Assembly: GCA_035621215.1 (NCBI GenBank)
Contig: CP141729.1
Location: 206,944 to 270,943 of the forward strand
Direction: 5' to 3'
DNA: 64,000 nucleotides
Origin: Oscillospiraceae bacterium MB08-C2-2
GTDB lineage: Bacteria > Bacillota > Clostridia > Oscillospirales > Ruminococcaceae
Made by a program: the position numbers and the translations under genes. The notes below the pieces were generated by a model that was given only the letters and a program-made list of their open reading frames with translations, searched no databases and was not told where the DNA came from. Below are positions 1 through 9,909 of the stretch, in pieces (the stretch's first letter is position 1; the number at the start of each line of letters is the position of its first letter).

Positions 1-3000
1 TGTTACCGCAAAGGTAATGGCGTATTTATCGGCGGGAGCTTGACTTAGATCAACGGTGATGGTCTTGTTGCCATCAGCAGTAAAGGTGGCAGACTTAGTC
101 TGGAAGCCTTCAGCGCTGACAGAATAGTTGTACTGACCGGGAGCCAAGTCGTAGACAAGGGCGTTGCCGGAAGTAGGAGCAACCACGGAACCTTCACTGT
201 TGGTTACCACAACCGCTGCGTTTGCAGGAGTGACTGCAAAGGTAATGGTAGAGTTGACAGGCTGGTCATCCTTCTCCATGTGAATGTATTCAAAGGTGGT
301 ATTGAATACGGAGCTGGTATCCTGATTGGTTGTGCTGAAGAGCTGAAGCTTGGCGCCATCCATACGGGTGCCGGCATCAAAGGAATTGGCACGGGAGAAG
401 TTCACGCCATCGGAAGAATAGTAGCCGATGATGTTGGAACCTTCCTTCTGGAGGCGGAGCCAGGCGGTGGTAAAGTTAAAGCCAGTGAAATTGTTGGCAG
501 ATTGGAAGCCGCTGTTATACTGCCAGGATGGATTGCCGCCGCTAATCTGAACCAGCTTGATCCAGTTGCTGCTGCCGGTGCCGGTGTTGTTGAGGGCGAT
601 ACCGTAGTTGGGGTATCCGTTGCCCGGCAGAGTGCGGTCGTTGGTAACCTTGACAGTGACAGTCCAGTCGCCATTGAGAGAGCCGTTGTACTGCAGCATG
701 TTGAGCATGCTGGTGGAAGGGAAGTCGTTGCCGCTGGAAAGGTTACTTGCGGGAATGGTAATTCCGGTATCTGCAAAAATAGCCTTGTCGTTGGCGTTGA
801 GAATTTCCCAATCAGCAGGCAGGCTGTTGAACCGGGTGGCACTCTCTGGTACGAAGGTGATCAGGTAAGTGTCGGTGGTGGAACCAGAGGTGAAGCTCAC
901 CTTGGCGGATTCCCACAGTTTGCTTGCCTGTGTAATGTTAATGGTTATAGATTTGTCTGCTGCACTGGCGGATATTCTGGGAATGTTGCCTTCTTCAGCA
1001 GTCTGTGTGTAGGATTTTGTGCCATAGCGGAATCCGGACAGAGGATTTCCGTCAACCTTGATTGAATAGAGCAGATCAAAATCCTTTTCAAGCTCAAAGG
1101 AGGTGCTGATAGCTGGGGTATGCTTGTAGGCAATGGAGATGTGCACCAACTGGGAGCGTTCGAGCTTTACCACTTCTGGATAGGAGAAGGTAACAGTCTT
1201 AGCTGTGCGATCCACCTGCATGTTGCTCAGAGAAAGGATACTGCCTTCAAAAGCATCCAAAGCAATGGTGGAGCTGAAATCAGCCAGAGTTAATTCTTCA
1301 TCGGGCATCATGTTAAACTGAACCGTCAAAATTCCATTTTTGGCCATGACGCTTAGAATCTGAGGCTCATTATAAATGAAGCGGATGATATAATCCATGG
1401 TGGTGTCCCCATTGGTTACAGTAACCTTGGCTTCACCAGGAATCTCAGAAACGTTTGTAATGCTGACAATCTCACTGCCTTCCATAGCGGCGGCAGTAAT
1501 GCTGAGAGCGTTGGGCAAAGTTCCAACGGGAACTGTATAAGTGTAGTTGCGCAGACCAGGCTCGAAATTATCAACGGACTGGCCATTGATCTTCAGTTCG
1601 CTGAGCTGCGGGCCATCGCCGGGAACAACCAGAACAACAAAATCACAGGTTTCTGTGGAACCGGTAGCGGAATCGGTAACAGTTGCGGTAATGGTGGCAA
1701 CACCGCTGGTTTTGGTTTGGATAACACCATCGGTAACCGAAACAACAGAAGGGCGGTTGCTGGTGTAGCTGATGTTAAAGCGTTCAGGAATGCTGCTGCT
1801 CTGGCCTTTCATGACATAACCATACATGGTATCGTCACTCATGGTGATGGTCAGCTGAGGATTAACTGTTTTACCCAGATCAAAACGGACACGGTTAGGA
1901 ATGTCTTTGGCTTTATCGCCGCTCTGAACAGCTTTGGCGGTAACAACAGAAATCTCAGGAGTAAGCTGGCCGGTAACGGTAAAGTCTTTATTCAGAACGA
2001 TGTTTTTGTGATCTTTACCAACTTGGAGATTGTAAGCGCCGTTGTAAACTTCAAAGCGGCTGCTGTCTTCATCAAAGAAGGCAAGGTCTTTTACTTTGAC
2101 ATCCATGTTAACGGTGACGGTTTGACCGGCCGGAACCTGGACCTTATCAAAACCAACCAGACGTTTGATAGGATGCAACAGTTCGGCAGGAGAGCCGGGG
2201 GTGGCCATATAAAGCTGAACCACTTCGGCACCATCCACATTGGTGGTGTTGGTTACATCAACAGAAACATTCAGAGTGCCGTTGGCATCGATACTGCTTC
2301 CGCTCAAACCACCAACTTGCAGGTTGGAGTAATCAAAATTGCTGTAGCTCAAGCCGTAGCCAAAGGGATAGCGTACGGCACCGCCGCGGGCTTCGTCATA
2401 ATACATATATGTACGGCCGTTGCCAACGCCAAAGGAATAAGTATCTTTGCCGCCGGAATTAAACTGGGAATGCTCGGGATAAGGCCAGCTGTCTTCTCCG
2501 GGGCTGAGGCGGTAGCTGTAGGTGGAAAGCATCTGATCGTTGCTGTCGAACCAGATGGAGGAAGTACGTCCGCTGAAGTTGACTTCACCCAGCAGAACAT
2601 CTGCCAGTGCGTCACCTTTCAGCATGCCGTTGTAGCTGCTCCATACCAGAGCGGGAACTTTATCAGCAAAAGAACCGATATAGTTTGTGCTGATGGTTTC
2701 CATTACAACAACAGTGCTGGGGTTCTTTTCGACTACTTTAAGGATATTTTGGCTCTGAGCACCAGGCAGGTTAAGGCTGCCACGGTCTTTATCTTCGTTG
2801 CCGTCGGATGCATTGGTACCTGCATAGAAGATAACCAGATCGGCATCGGCCAAGCTGTTGAGCTGCTCTTCGCTGATGGCAGTGCTGTTGGCAGAAAAAC
2901 CGATCAGGTTTACGCTTGCATTAGGGTTAGCTTTAAGAATAGCGGAGCGTAAGCCGTTGTAAGGGTTGACCAGTTTTGCCTGACCGGCGCTGCCCATGTT

Positions 3001-4548
3001 GGCGGAATAGCCGCCCAAGAACATGTTGGTGGTGTTAACGTAGCTGTTGGCTCCCACAATCACCACTTTAAAGTCGCCGCTTGCGGGCACTTGGATGGGA
3101 AGCAGGGCTTTAGCAGAATCACCATTGGCAACCTTATCGTTCTTGAGAAGGACAAGGGCCTCGTGAGAAGCTTCCAGAGAAAGGCTTGCTCGCTCATCGG
3201 TCATGGTATCGGCACCGTTGGAGGCTACGCTGGAAAGATTGTATTTCCAGTCGGGGCCATACTTGTTTTCGATGGTTTCGCGGGCTTGGTTATACCAGCT
3301 TACAACGCCGGCATCTACATCGAATTCGCCCAACGCCATACGAGCGCTCAGCAGGCGAAGCAAAGATACGTCTACAGAGTTCTCATCAAACACGCCGGAG
3401 GGGGTGGTGATTCCCTGAGCAGCGGCTCCCGGAACCAGCAGAGAGTATTTGAAACCAGAGACAGCGTGCCCATTGTTGCACTCAAGATCACCGCCGGCAT
3501 TAATAGCCCAAGCGACAGTCTCGTTGTTGTTCAGCTTTGCACCGGTATCGGGATGGCGCCAGCCATGACCATTACTGGTGGGGTTCAACGGGTCTTGATC
3601 GTATCCATTTCCGCGGGAAGAAACGGCTACGCTGTTGCAGTCTGCTGTGACATACCCATCAAAGCCAAAGGTCTGGCGAAGCAGTGTATCCAGCACATAG
3701 TTATTCAGGTTGGCGGGAACTTCGTTCACTCGGTTATAAGCTGCCATAACCGAAGAAACATCGGATTGTTCCACGATCAGCCGATATACGTAAGAATAAT
3801 ACTCACGCAATTCTTTGTCTGTCATATTAGAGGAACCCTTCAGGCGGTTGCCCTCTGAGTTATTGCCCAGGTAATGCTTGATGGTGCTGATCGTTTTCAG
3901 ATAGCCGTTTTCATCCAGACGGTTACCTTGCATATCTTTTCCTTCCATACCGTTGACAAACTGAGAAGCCATCATAGCGGTGTGGTAGGCATCCTCACCG
4001 AAAGCCTCATCTGCACGGCCCCAGCGAGGGTCACGCAGCAGGTTGACAGTGGGGGAATAGAAGGTAAGCTCATAACGGTTATCACGGGTCACTTCACGGG
4101 CCTCGTCACCGATTTCGGTGGCAACCCGGTACATCAGCTCCGGATTCCAGGTGGAACCCATAGCAAGGCTTATGGGATAGGAAGTGGTATTATAAATCGT
4201 GGTGGCGTTGGAATCACGCTGTGCCTGCAAACGGGAAACACCATGCAGGGCTTCATTCCACCAGCCGTACCAATTCATATTAAGCTCCGGAATCGCTGAA
4301 GAATAGCCGCTGATCATCTGAGATGCTTTTTGGTTCAATGTCATGCGGGATAGAAGATCGGCAGCACGCTCTTCAAACGAATACGAACGATCAAGATAAA
4401 TAGGGGATTCTTCTGCCGCGGCAATTACCGAGGGTGTGGCGGGAACCAATACATCGTCTGCATAAACAGCCGGGCTCATGGTTCCGACACAGATGCTGAG
4501 ACTTAGAACGAAAGAAACTGCACGAAGCAATCGGACTTTTCCCTTCAT
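1..4548 (-). CDS. Very large secreted glycoside hydrolase family 3 protein (beta-xylosidase/beta-glucosidase-like). The N-terminal catalytic region is followed by more than 700 aa of Ig-like beta-sandwich repeats. It is partial because the 3' end runs beyond position 1.
   Basis: Reverse-strand translation from the ATG at 4548..4546 (rc) gives MKGKVRLLRAVSFVLSLSICVGTMSPAVYA, a signal peptide. Next come ...MTLNQKASQMISG...WWNEALHGV... and the GH3 signature ...TFGFDGYVTADCNSV.... An RBS GAGGAGG lies upstream and a TAA stop immediately precedes the ATG. No complete minus-strand ORF appears in the track because the frame stays open to the window edge. The + strand ORFs listed across 280-4299 are low-complexity antisense artefacts. 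Confidence 0.8.
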   Translation of the reverse strand, partial: MKGKVRLLRAVSFVLSLSICVGTMSPAVYADDVLVPATPSVIAAAEESPIYLDRSYSFEERAADLLSRMTLNQKASQMISGYSSAIPELNMNWYGWWNEALHGVSRLQAQRDSNATTIYNTTSYPISLAMGSTWNPELMYRVATEIGDEAREVTRDNRYELTFYSPTVNLLRDPRWGRADEAFGEDAYHTAMMASQFVNGMEGKDMQGNRLDENGYLKTISTIKHYLGNNSEGNRLKGSSNMTDKELREYYSYVYRLIVEQSDVSSVMAAYNRVNEVPANLNNYVLDTLLRQTFGFDGYVTADCNSVAVSSRGNGYDQDPLNPTSNGHGWRHPDTGAKLNNNETVAWAINAGGDLECNNGHAVSGFKYSLLVPGAAAQGITTPSGVFDENSVDVSLLRLLSARMALGEFDVDAGVVSWYNQARETIENKYGPDWKYNLSSVASNGADTMTDERASLSLEASHEALVLLKNDKVANGDSAKALLPIQVPASGDFKVVIVGANSYVNTTNMFLGGYSANMGSAGQAKLVNPYNGLRSAILKANPNASVNLIGFSANSTAISEEQLNSLADADLVIFYAGTNASDGNEDKDRGSLNLPGAQSQNILKVVEKNPSTVVVMETISTNYIGSFADKVPALVWSSYNGMLKGDALADVLLGEVNFSGRTSSIWFDSNDQMLSTYSYRLSPGEDSWPYPEHSQFNSGGKDTYSFGVGNGRTYMYYDEARGGAVRYPFGYGLSYSNFDYSNLQVGGLSGSSIDANGTLNVSVDVTNTTNVDGAEVVQLYMATPGSPAELLHPIKRLVGFDKVQVPAGQTVTVNMDVKVKDLAFFDEDSSRFEVYNGAYNLQVGKDHKNIVLNKDFTVTGQLTPEISVVTAKAVQSGDKAKDIPNRVRFDLGKTVNPQLTITMSDDTMYGYVMKGQSSSIPERFNISYTSNRPSVVSVTDGVIQTKTSGVATITATVTDSATGSTETCDFVVLVVPGDGPQLSELKINGQSVDNFEPGLRNYTYTVPVGTLPNALSITAAAMEGSEIVSITNVSEIPGEAKVTVTNGDTTMDYIIRFIYNEPQILSVMAKNGILTVQFNMMPDEELTLADFSSTIALDAFEGSILSLSNMQVDRTAKTVTFSYPEVVKLERSQLVHISIAYKHTPAISTSFELEKDFDLLYSIKVDGNPLSGFRYGTKSYTQTAEEGNIPRISASAADKSITINITQASKLWESAKVSFTSGSTTDTYLITFVPESATRFNSLPADWEILNANDKAIFADTGITIPASNLSSGNDFPSTSMLNMLQYNGSLNGDWTVTVKVTNDRTLPGNGYPNYGIALNNTGTGSSNWIKLVQISGGNPSWQYNSGFQSANNFTGFNFTTAWLRLQKEGSNIIGYYSSDGVNFSRANSFDAGTRMDGAKLQLFSTTNQDTSSVFNTTFEYIHMEKDDQPVNSTITFAVTPANAAVVVTNSEGSVVAPTSGNALVYDLAPGQYNYSVSAEGFQTKSATFTADGNKTITVDLSQAPADKYAITFAVT

Positions 4549-4724
4549 TTAGATAGACCTCCTCTTTTTTAAACGGTTCTGGTACTTTTAAAAACCAATT
4601 GACTATGCTTTGATAATACCTGTCCTAAACAGCTGTACGAGCTTTAAAGAGCGGCCTGCACTGGCTGTATATATACCCCCCTTTCCGGGACAAGAGTGGC
4701 GCTTTCAATAAAATAAAGTGTAAA

Positions 4725-6044
4725 CTATGCGGCGGGCGAGCCGCTCACAATATCATAGTTCCAGTCCTTGATGCCTCCCAAGTTATATACAGTCTCATAT
4801 CCCATGGATAAAGCTTCTTCCAAGGCGGTTTGAGCACGGACACCGGCGGCGCAGTAAAAGATGATTTCCTGGCTCTTATCGGGCACCAGAGAAGGCAATT
4901 TCTGGGAAATCTCGGCTACCGGAATGTGCAGACTTCCCGGTATATAGCCTTCTGCCCGCTCTTCTGCCGAGCGTACATCCACCAGAACAGCACCGTTTTC
5001 ATAATCATTGAGTGCCTGCTCGGAACCGATAGAGAATTGACGCACAGAGTTTTCATCCAATATTTTGAACTCGAAGTTTTTTCCCACCAATAGAACTTGG
5101 CTGTCTCCCATGGCGATACTGTTCCACTCGGAGCCGTCCGCTTCAGACATTTGGTGGCATACCGTGCATTCCGTGATGGTCAGCAGGCGGCCTCGATCAC
5201 ATACAATAAGCAACTGATCGCCCAAAAGGCCCACAGCGCGCATTTCCAGAGGCAGCTGTTCAGAGAACTCCTCGCCATTCACACTGGTAAGCGCTTTAAA
5301 AAACCAAACGTCGGCCGCATCCGTGAACATAATAAAAGGCTCCCCGGGATTATCCTCCATTTGGCCATAAATAAAGAGGCTGTCACCCAGACTGGAAAGG
5401 CCGGTGAAACTGCGGCGGTCATAATAGCCGTTATATGCCTCGTTGAAATTGATCGCTTTCCAGTTCTCGCCATCGGCAGAGGTGAACAGATCGGTTTTGC
5501 CGGTTATTGCCATCAGGCCATAAGAGTTGGAGGCAATGGCAATAATATCGTTATCGGTTTCCAGCGTTTTGCTCTGCCAGTTCTGCCCGTCCTGCGAGAT
5601 CCACAGGCGGCCCTTTTCGGCGGCTGCATAATACCGGCCATTGAATTCCGTTACTTGAAAAATGGTCCCGCTTTCATCTATATTTGCCTGTTGAAATGTT
5701 TTAAGATCTCGGCTGTAAAGTAAAGTGCCCTTTTCTCCGCAGATCAGGGTAAGCCCATTCTGGGAATGGATATCCAGCAGAGAGGCTTGGGTAGGCAGCG
5801 GAAGGGTTTTGCTCTTGCCATTTTGATCAATTTGATCCAAGCGGCCAGCTGTTCCGGCAGCCAGAAAATAATTTCCCAGATAGACGGACGAAGTATACCC
5901 GGCAGGCTTACCGGTTGAAAGTGTCTGTGCCTGCAAAGGCTGAAGATCAGGTGCAGTGGCAGCTTTAACTGTGCAGGATGGTAATAAAAAGAGAGCAAGT
6001 GTGACTGCTGCTAAATGCAGTATATTTTGCCTCGTTATTTTCAT
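4725..6044 (-). CDS. Lipoprotein with a BNR/Ycf48-like beta-propeller domain fused to a C-terminal rhodanese (sulfurtransferase-like) domain
   Basis: The likely start is MKITRQNILHLAAVTLALFLLPSC with a lipobox, and GGAG lies 7 nt upstream. The C-terminus reads ...VLVDVRSAEERAEGYIPGSLHIPV...IIFYCAAGVRAQ..., a rhodanese fold with a Cys loop. The middle holds W/G-rich repeats typical of beta-propellers. Confidence 0.55.
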   Translation of the reverse strand: MKITRQNILHLAAVTLALFLLPSCTVKAATAPDLQPLQAQTLSTGKPAGYTSSVYLGNYFLAAGTAGRLDQIDQNGKSKTLPLPTQASLLDIHSQNGLTLICGEKGTLLYSRDLKTFQQANIDESGTIFQVTEFNGRYYAAAEKGRLWISQDGQNWQSKTLETDNDIIAIASNSYGLMAITGKTDLFTSADGENWKAINFNEAYNGYYDRRSFTGLSSLGDSLFIYGQMEDNPGEPFIMFTDAADVWFFKALTSVNGEEFSEQLPLEMRAVGLLGDQLLIVCDRGRLLTITECTVCHQMSEADGSEWNSIAMGDSQVLLVGKNFEFKILDENSVRQFSIGSEQALNDYENGAVLVDVRSAEERAEGYIPGSLHIPVAEISQKLPSLVPDKSQEIIFYCAAGVRAQTALEEALSMGYETVYNLGGIKDWNYDIVSGSPAA

Positions 6045-6138
6045 TTTTTCATCTCCAGAGTTGTTAAGCATAGGTGAAAAAGACTTTTAAGGTATTTTAG
6101 ATTAGCTCTGCAAGAGCAATGATTTTCATAGAAACGCA

Positions 6139-6633
6139 TTATTCCTGTTTAGAGGGAATCTGTGCACTTTTGATCAGATGCAAAAGCAGCTGAACCAAGG
6201 CAACCACAGACAATACAATTATGATGATAGGAATTACACCCACCCTGCTAATGAGGAGAGAGAGATAACCCAATAAAGGAATGGCCACAAAAAGCTTGCC
6301 TTTTATATGATTGTAGTTAACTGGGGAGGGGTCCGGCGTGTTGTTGGCATCGCCCTGTGTGATGATGCTGTCTGCTGTGACTTCCAGCGCTCGATGCGTG
6401 ACAACTTCATTGCCGCCCGAAGCATAGAAGGTGATGATATCTCCTACAGCTATATTTTCTTTTTCTACTGGACGAACCACAATTAGAGATCCAACAGGTA
6501 AAGCCGGTTCCATGCTGCCTGTAAGCACTGTGAACTGTTCCCAGCCCAACAGCTGTGGGATGAGTAGTAAAGCTACCAAAAAGAAAGTTACCGATTGAAA
6601 TACAATCGAAAAAATTTGTAAAAATTTTTTCAT
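6139..6633 (-). CDS. sipW: Signal peptidase I of the archaeal/eukaryal type (SipW-like)
   Basis: The 164-aa product has an N-terminal TM segment and then the ...FTVLTGSMEPALPVGSLIVVRP... block that contains the SGSMEP-type catalytic Ser motif of S26B/SipW peptidases. A C-terminal TM segment follows. Confidence 0.75.
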   Translation of the reverse strand: MKKFLQIFSIVFQSVTFFLVALLLIPQLLGWEQFTVLTGSMEPALPVGSLIVVRPVEKENIAVGDIITFYASGGNEVVTHRALEVTADSIITQGDANNTPDPSPVNYNHIKGKLFVAIPLLGYLSLLISRVGVIPIIIIVLSVVALVQLLLHLIKSAQIPSKQE

Positions 6634-6738
6634 AGAGGCGTGGATCCCCTTTCGGATTCGAAATCACATTGTGAGTTGCTTCAATTATCAGAAAATATCA
6701 ATGCAGATGATGAAAGACGAGAATAGAGAAAACTAGTA

Positions 6739-6783
6739 CCAAGGTTGCCGGCGGGTTGCATAAGTTCCCGGCGGCAACCTTGG
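6739..6783 (-). terminator. GC-rich 17-bp-stem hairpin immediately downstream of the xylanase gene; likely an intrinsic terminator separating the xylanase from sipW
   Basis: The arms ccaaggttgccggcggg and cccggcggcaaccttgg pair with one mismatch around the loop ttgcataagtt. On the minus strand the hairpin is followed by a T-containing stretch. Confidence 0.5.
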
Positions 6784-6794
6784 ATTTTCTTAAA

Positions 6795-8936
6795 TTATGC
6801 GGTTACGCGAATGGTTACTTCATGGGTTATTCCATTGTTGGCAGTTGCACGGATAATGGCAAAGCCAGCTTTTATTGCAGTAACTGTGCCATCTTCATCA
6901 ACAGTAGCAACACCGGGATTCAGAGAAGTCCAAACGACATCCTGAACAGTGGCATCTTTGGGAAGAATGGCTGCGGTCAACTTCTCGCTCTTGTTGCGCT
7001 TGATCGTGGCAGGTGCATTGATAGCAATGCTTTCTACTTCAATGGTTTCGCCGCCACCATTTTTAACAAGTGCATCAATAGCGGACTGCAGGGATATGAC
7101 AGCTGCATCTACCTCGGACTGCGTGGCTTCTGCACGATCGGCAACAGCCTGAGCACTTTCGCGTGCAATCTGCAGGGCGGCCCAGCTATCGGCGGTATAG
7201 TCTGCCTCATTCAAAGCAGCAAGCCCTTGCAGTTTGCTGTTAAGAATGCTCTTGTCAGCGGGCTCGGTTGGGGTGGCTTTTTCCAGAGCTGCTGTAGCAG
7301 CAAGCAGGGTAGTGGTTGCATTCTTAACAGCGGTAACAGCTGCCATATCGTAGATCCGAACCTCTACCAGATTCGCTGCTGCGGTTTTGGAGCTTTCGTA
7401 GGCTGCCCAGCTTTCAGTAGTGTAGAGGGATTTCTGATCGTCGGCAGGGCCGGCAGCAATGGCTTGCTTCATCTTGTCACGGCTGGGAGCGCCAAGCACA
7501 GCGAAGAAAGACATTTTTTCTGCATTTCCGCTCAGGCCGCTCCACATGTGTGCGCCCTTGTTGCTGTTAAAGGTAGAACCATCGTTGGTGCCGTCCCACT
7601 GCATAACAGTGAAGTGATCTTTGTATTCAATCAAAAGATCCATCAGATCTGCGGCATAATCTGCCTGTTCCTTCTGGATATCCTCACGCATGGCTATGGT
7701 ATGAGCAGAGGTGGAGTTCCAGCCGTTCTGATTCAGACGGCCCCAGCCACTCTTACGAATAGTGGTAGCGTTGTTGACATCATAGGTATTGGTTTCAGCA
7801 GTATCACCATTGGGGACAGAGGGAAGTGAAGGATCGTAGTCAGGGTTCAGCATAAAGTCGCTGCGGATATCAGCCTCAGTAAAGGAGATCTCGTTGGCAA
7901 CGGTCAAACCCATATCCAGCTGCTTACGAAGTTGCTCGATGGAGGGGAACACAGAAGAGAGACGTCCCTGCATACCGTAACCATCAATGTTGCCAGCTTC
8001 GTAAATAGGTTTCAGCATTTTAACGGTCTGGCTGAGTTTGGGTTCATAAGGTTTGTTGCTGTCATGGAAATCGTTGTAATAAAGGGTCCAGTCTGCATCG
8101 TAATATTCAGACCATTTTCTGGCGGATTCAAATGCCTTGCGGATGTATTCGGATTCTGCAAACAATCTGGCATCCGGATCGTTATCCAGATCACGGCGGC
8201 GGAAGATTCCGCCCCATTGGCCGGACTGAGAGTCGTCCATATTACGGACCTGACCCGAATAGTCATCCAGACCTTCGTTTACAACGTCCCAAGAATAGAT
8301 GACGTCGTTGTATGAGGAATAACGCTCCATCATCAATTTGATGTAGTTATCCAAACGGGCAAGCATAGTCTCGCGGCTGGCCCAATCGGGATTACTGGAG
8401 TTATAAACGAACCCGTTGCAGAAAAAGTAGTTGGGCTGCTGGCCGCCGTGCCAAACAAGCACATGGGCACGAATCATTCTTTTTTCATTTTCGGGTACGG
8501 TTTGGTTGTAAGCGCGGATCGCATCCAGGGTATTCATAACGCCGGGTCTGTCAAGCAGCACAACTTTTTCGTTGGCTTCTTTCAGTGCGGCTGCCTTCTG
8601 CTCTGCAGAGAGAGAAGTGTCAGAATTAATTCTCTCAATAGCTGAAACATAAGTGTTGCGGGAAGGCTGTGTTCCCCAGTTGCCGCCGATCTGGCTATCC
8701 AGCTTCAGTTCGTTGGCGGGGCTGCTTCCTTTGTAATGGTAGAGGCGCTGATCGGTTCCTGTAGGCTGCTGGGCTGTATTGCCGTTTTTCCAGCCGCCAA
8801 AGGTGCCGAACATGAAATAATCCTCATATTCCTGCCACAAAGAAGGCAATGTAAGATCGACTGCAGAAGCAGTCATAGGGATACAGGAGACAGTCAGAAT
8901 AAGTGCCATAATGAATGTTAAAACTCTCTTTTTCAA
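6795..8936 (-). CDS. Secreted GH10 endo-1,4-beta-xylanase with a C-terminal Big_2 (bacterial Ig-like) domain
   Basis: A signal peptide MKKRVLTFIMALILTVSCIPMTASA is present. GH10 motifs found are WDVVNE (acid/base), ...ISFTEADIRS (nucleophile TEAD) and IDGYGMQGRL. The C-terminus ...ILPKDATVQDVVWTSLNPGVATVDEDGTVTAIKAGFAIIRATANNG... is Big_2-like. Confidence 0.85.
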   Translation of the reverse strand: MKKRVLTFIMALILTVSCIPMTASAVDLTLPSLWQEYEDYFMFGTFGGWKNGNTAQQPTGTDQRLYHYKGSSPANELKLDSQIGGNWGTQPSRNTYVSAIERINSDTSLSAEQKAAALKEANEKVVLLDRPGVMNTLDAIRAYNQTVPENEKRMIRAHVLVWHGGQQPNYFFCNGFVYNSSNPDWASRETMLARLDNYIKLMMERYSSYNDVIYSWDVVNEGLDDYSGQVRNMDDSQSGQWGGIFRRRDLDNDPDARLFAESEYIRKAFESARKWSEYYDADWTLYYNDFHDSNKPYEPKLSQTVKMLKPIYEAGNIDGYGMQGRLSSVFPSIEQLRKQLDMGLTVANEISFTEADIRSDFMLNPDYDPSLPSVPNGDTAETNTYDVNNATTIRKSGWGRLNQNGWNSTSAHTIAMREDIQKEQADYAADLMDLLIEYKDHFTVMQWDGTNDGSTFNSNKGAHMWSGLSGNAEKMSFFAVLGAPSRDKMKQAIAAGPADDQKSLYTTESWAAYESSKTAAANLVEVRIYDMAAVTAVKNATTTLLAATAALEKATPTEPADKSILNSKLQGLAALNEADYTADSWAALQIARESAQAVADRAEATQSEVDAAVISLQSAIDALVKNGGGETIEVESIAINAPATIKRNKSEKLTAAILPKDATVQDVVWTSLNPGVATVDEDGTVTAIKAGFAIIRATANNGITHEVTIRVTA

Positions 8937-8990
8937 CGATGCTCCTCCTTTAGTTATAGTCCAGTGGATGCGCCAAGATGGTTGGGTTTT

Positions 8991-9806
8991 CTATAGTCGC
9001 CTGTTATTCACCCCCTGGTTGAACCGTTTTTTTAATATTAAGGAAAGATTCCCTTGACGCCAAAACAGTGCTAATAAGGCAATAAGCCCTGACAACGCTA
9101 CCCATGCAGGGGAAATCATATGGCCCCTGAGCCCTGTGTTGGGAATAGAAGTCGGAACTTTATTGTCCAGTATTTCTATGGTGCCCAAGGGAACCGGCTG
9201 ATCCAGAATTGTAATTGTTGATAGAGTTGAACCCTTATCGGAGTCTCTGTCTGAATCATCTCTGTCGCCGCCGGAGCCTGTAAATACGGTGCAATAAAAA
9301 CCCCAATCGAGGGAGGCCAATACATTTTGTTGCTCATTTCCAATGTTAGTGGGTAATGTAACGGTTATTTCCAGAACAGACTGCTGCCAAGAACGCAGTG
9401 TTCCAAGCGGGATATACTCATGAATTGAACCAGAGTCTTTTCGACCGGAGGCAGGGCCTTCATAGAGCAGCTTGCCGGTTTCAACAACGGAACCGTTGGA
9501 GTTGACTTCGTGAAGGGTAATCTTCATTTGAAGTGCTTCCAACAATGCGAGAGAGCGGTTAGCATCGGCCGAATCGGTAAAATGCGAGGGGGTAGCTTTG
9601 AGGTAAAAAAGCAATTGGGATGTGCTTCGGTTTTGCAAAATGACGCTGCGGGTTTCTGAGCTGCCGGGGAGCATTCCCTCCAGTGAAAAAAGCTGGCGGT
9701 CTGCCTGCAATTGCTGAAGGCTGCCCTGATAGGTAACACTGGCCCAGACCTGCAGCGGCGAGCACACCAAAACAATCGCCAATGCAAGGCCAAACAACCT
9801 TTTCAA
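8991..9806 (-). CDS. Secreted TasA-like (camelysin-fold-like) protein with a C-terminal IPNTG-like sorting motif followed by a TM helix and basic tail, making it a putative cell-anchored subunit
   Basis: The start is MKRLFGLALAIVLVCSPLQVWA, a signal peptide. The core contains ...MLPGSSETRSVILQNRSTSQLLFYLK..., which resembles the L-PG...N.G...R block seen in the neighbouring TasA-like paralogs. The C-terminus reads ...TSIPNTGLRGHMISPAWVALSGLIALLALFWRQ...KKRF. Confidence 0.5.
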   Translation of the reverse strand: MKRLFGLALAIVLVCSPLQVWASVTYQGSLQQLQADRQLFSLEGMLPGSSETRSVILQNRSTSQLLFYLKATPSHFTDSADANRSLALLEALQMKITLHEVNSNGSVVETGKLLYEGPASGRKDSGSIHEYIPLGTLRSWQQSVLEITVTLPTNIGNEQQNVLASLDWGFYCTVFTGSGGDRDDSDRDSDKGSTLSTITILDQPVPLGTIEILDNKVPTSIPNTGLRGHMISPAWVALSGLIALLALFWRQGNLSLILKKRFNQGVNNRRL

Positions 9807-9909
9807 AATATTCCCCCTTTTTTAGAAAGCTGCATTTCAAGCTGTATAAATTGAGACTTTTCCCTTTGGGAGAAGCAGATGTCTGCCCCTTTACAAATGC
9901 AGTTTGGTG

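Noticed and set aside
280-4299. Four + strand ORFs (261, 411, 255 and 141 aa) in the ORF track
   Set aside because: Their translations are low-complexity G/A/V-rich strings. The region is fully covered by a minus-strand GH3 gene with clear catalytic motifs, so these are antisense artefacts of codon bias.
6756-7829. 357-aa + strand ORF
   Set aside because: It is antisense to the GH10 xylanase, has no domains and is Cys/Gly-rich nonsense.
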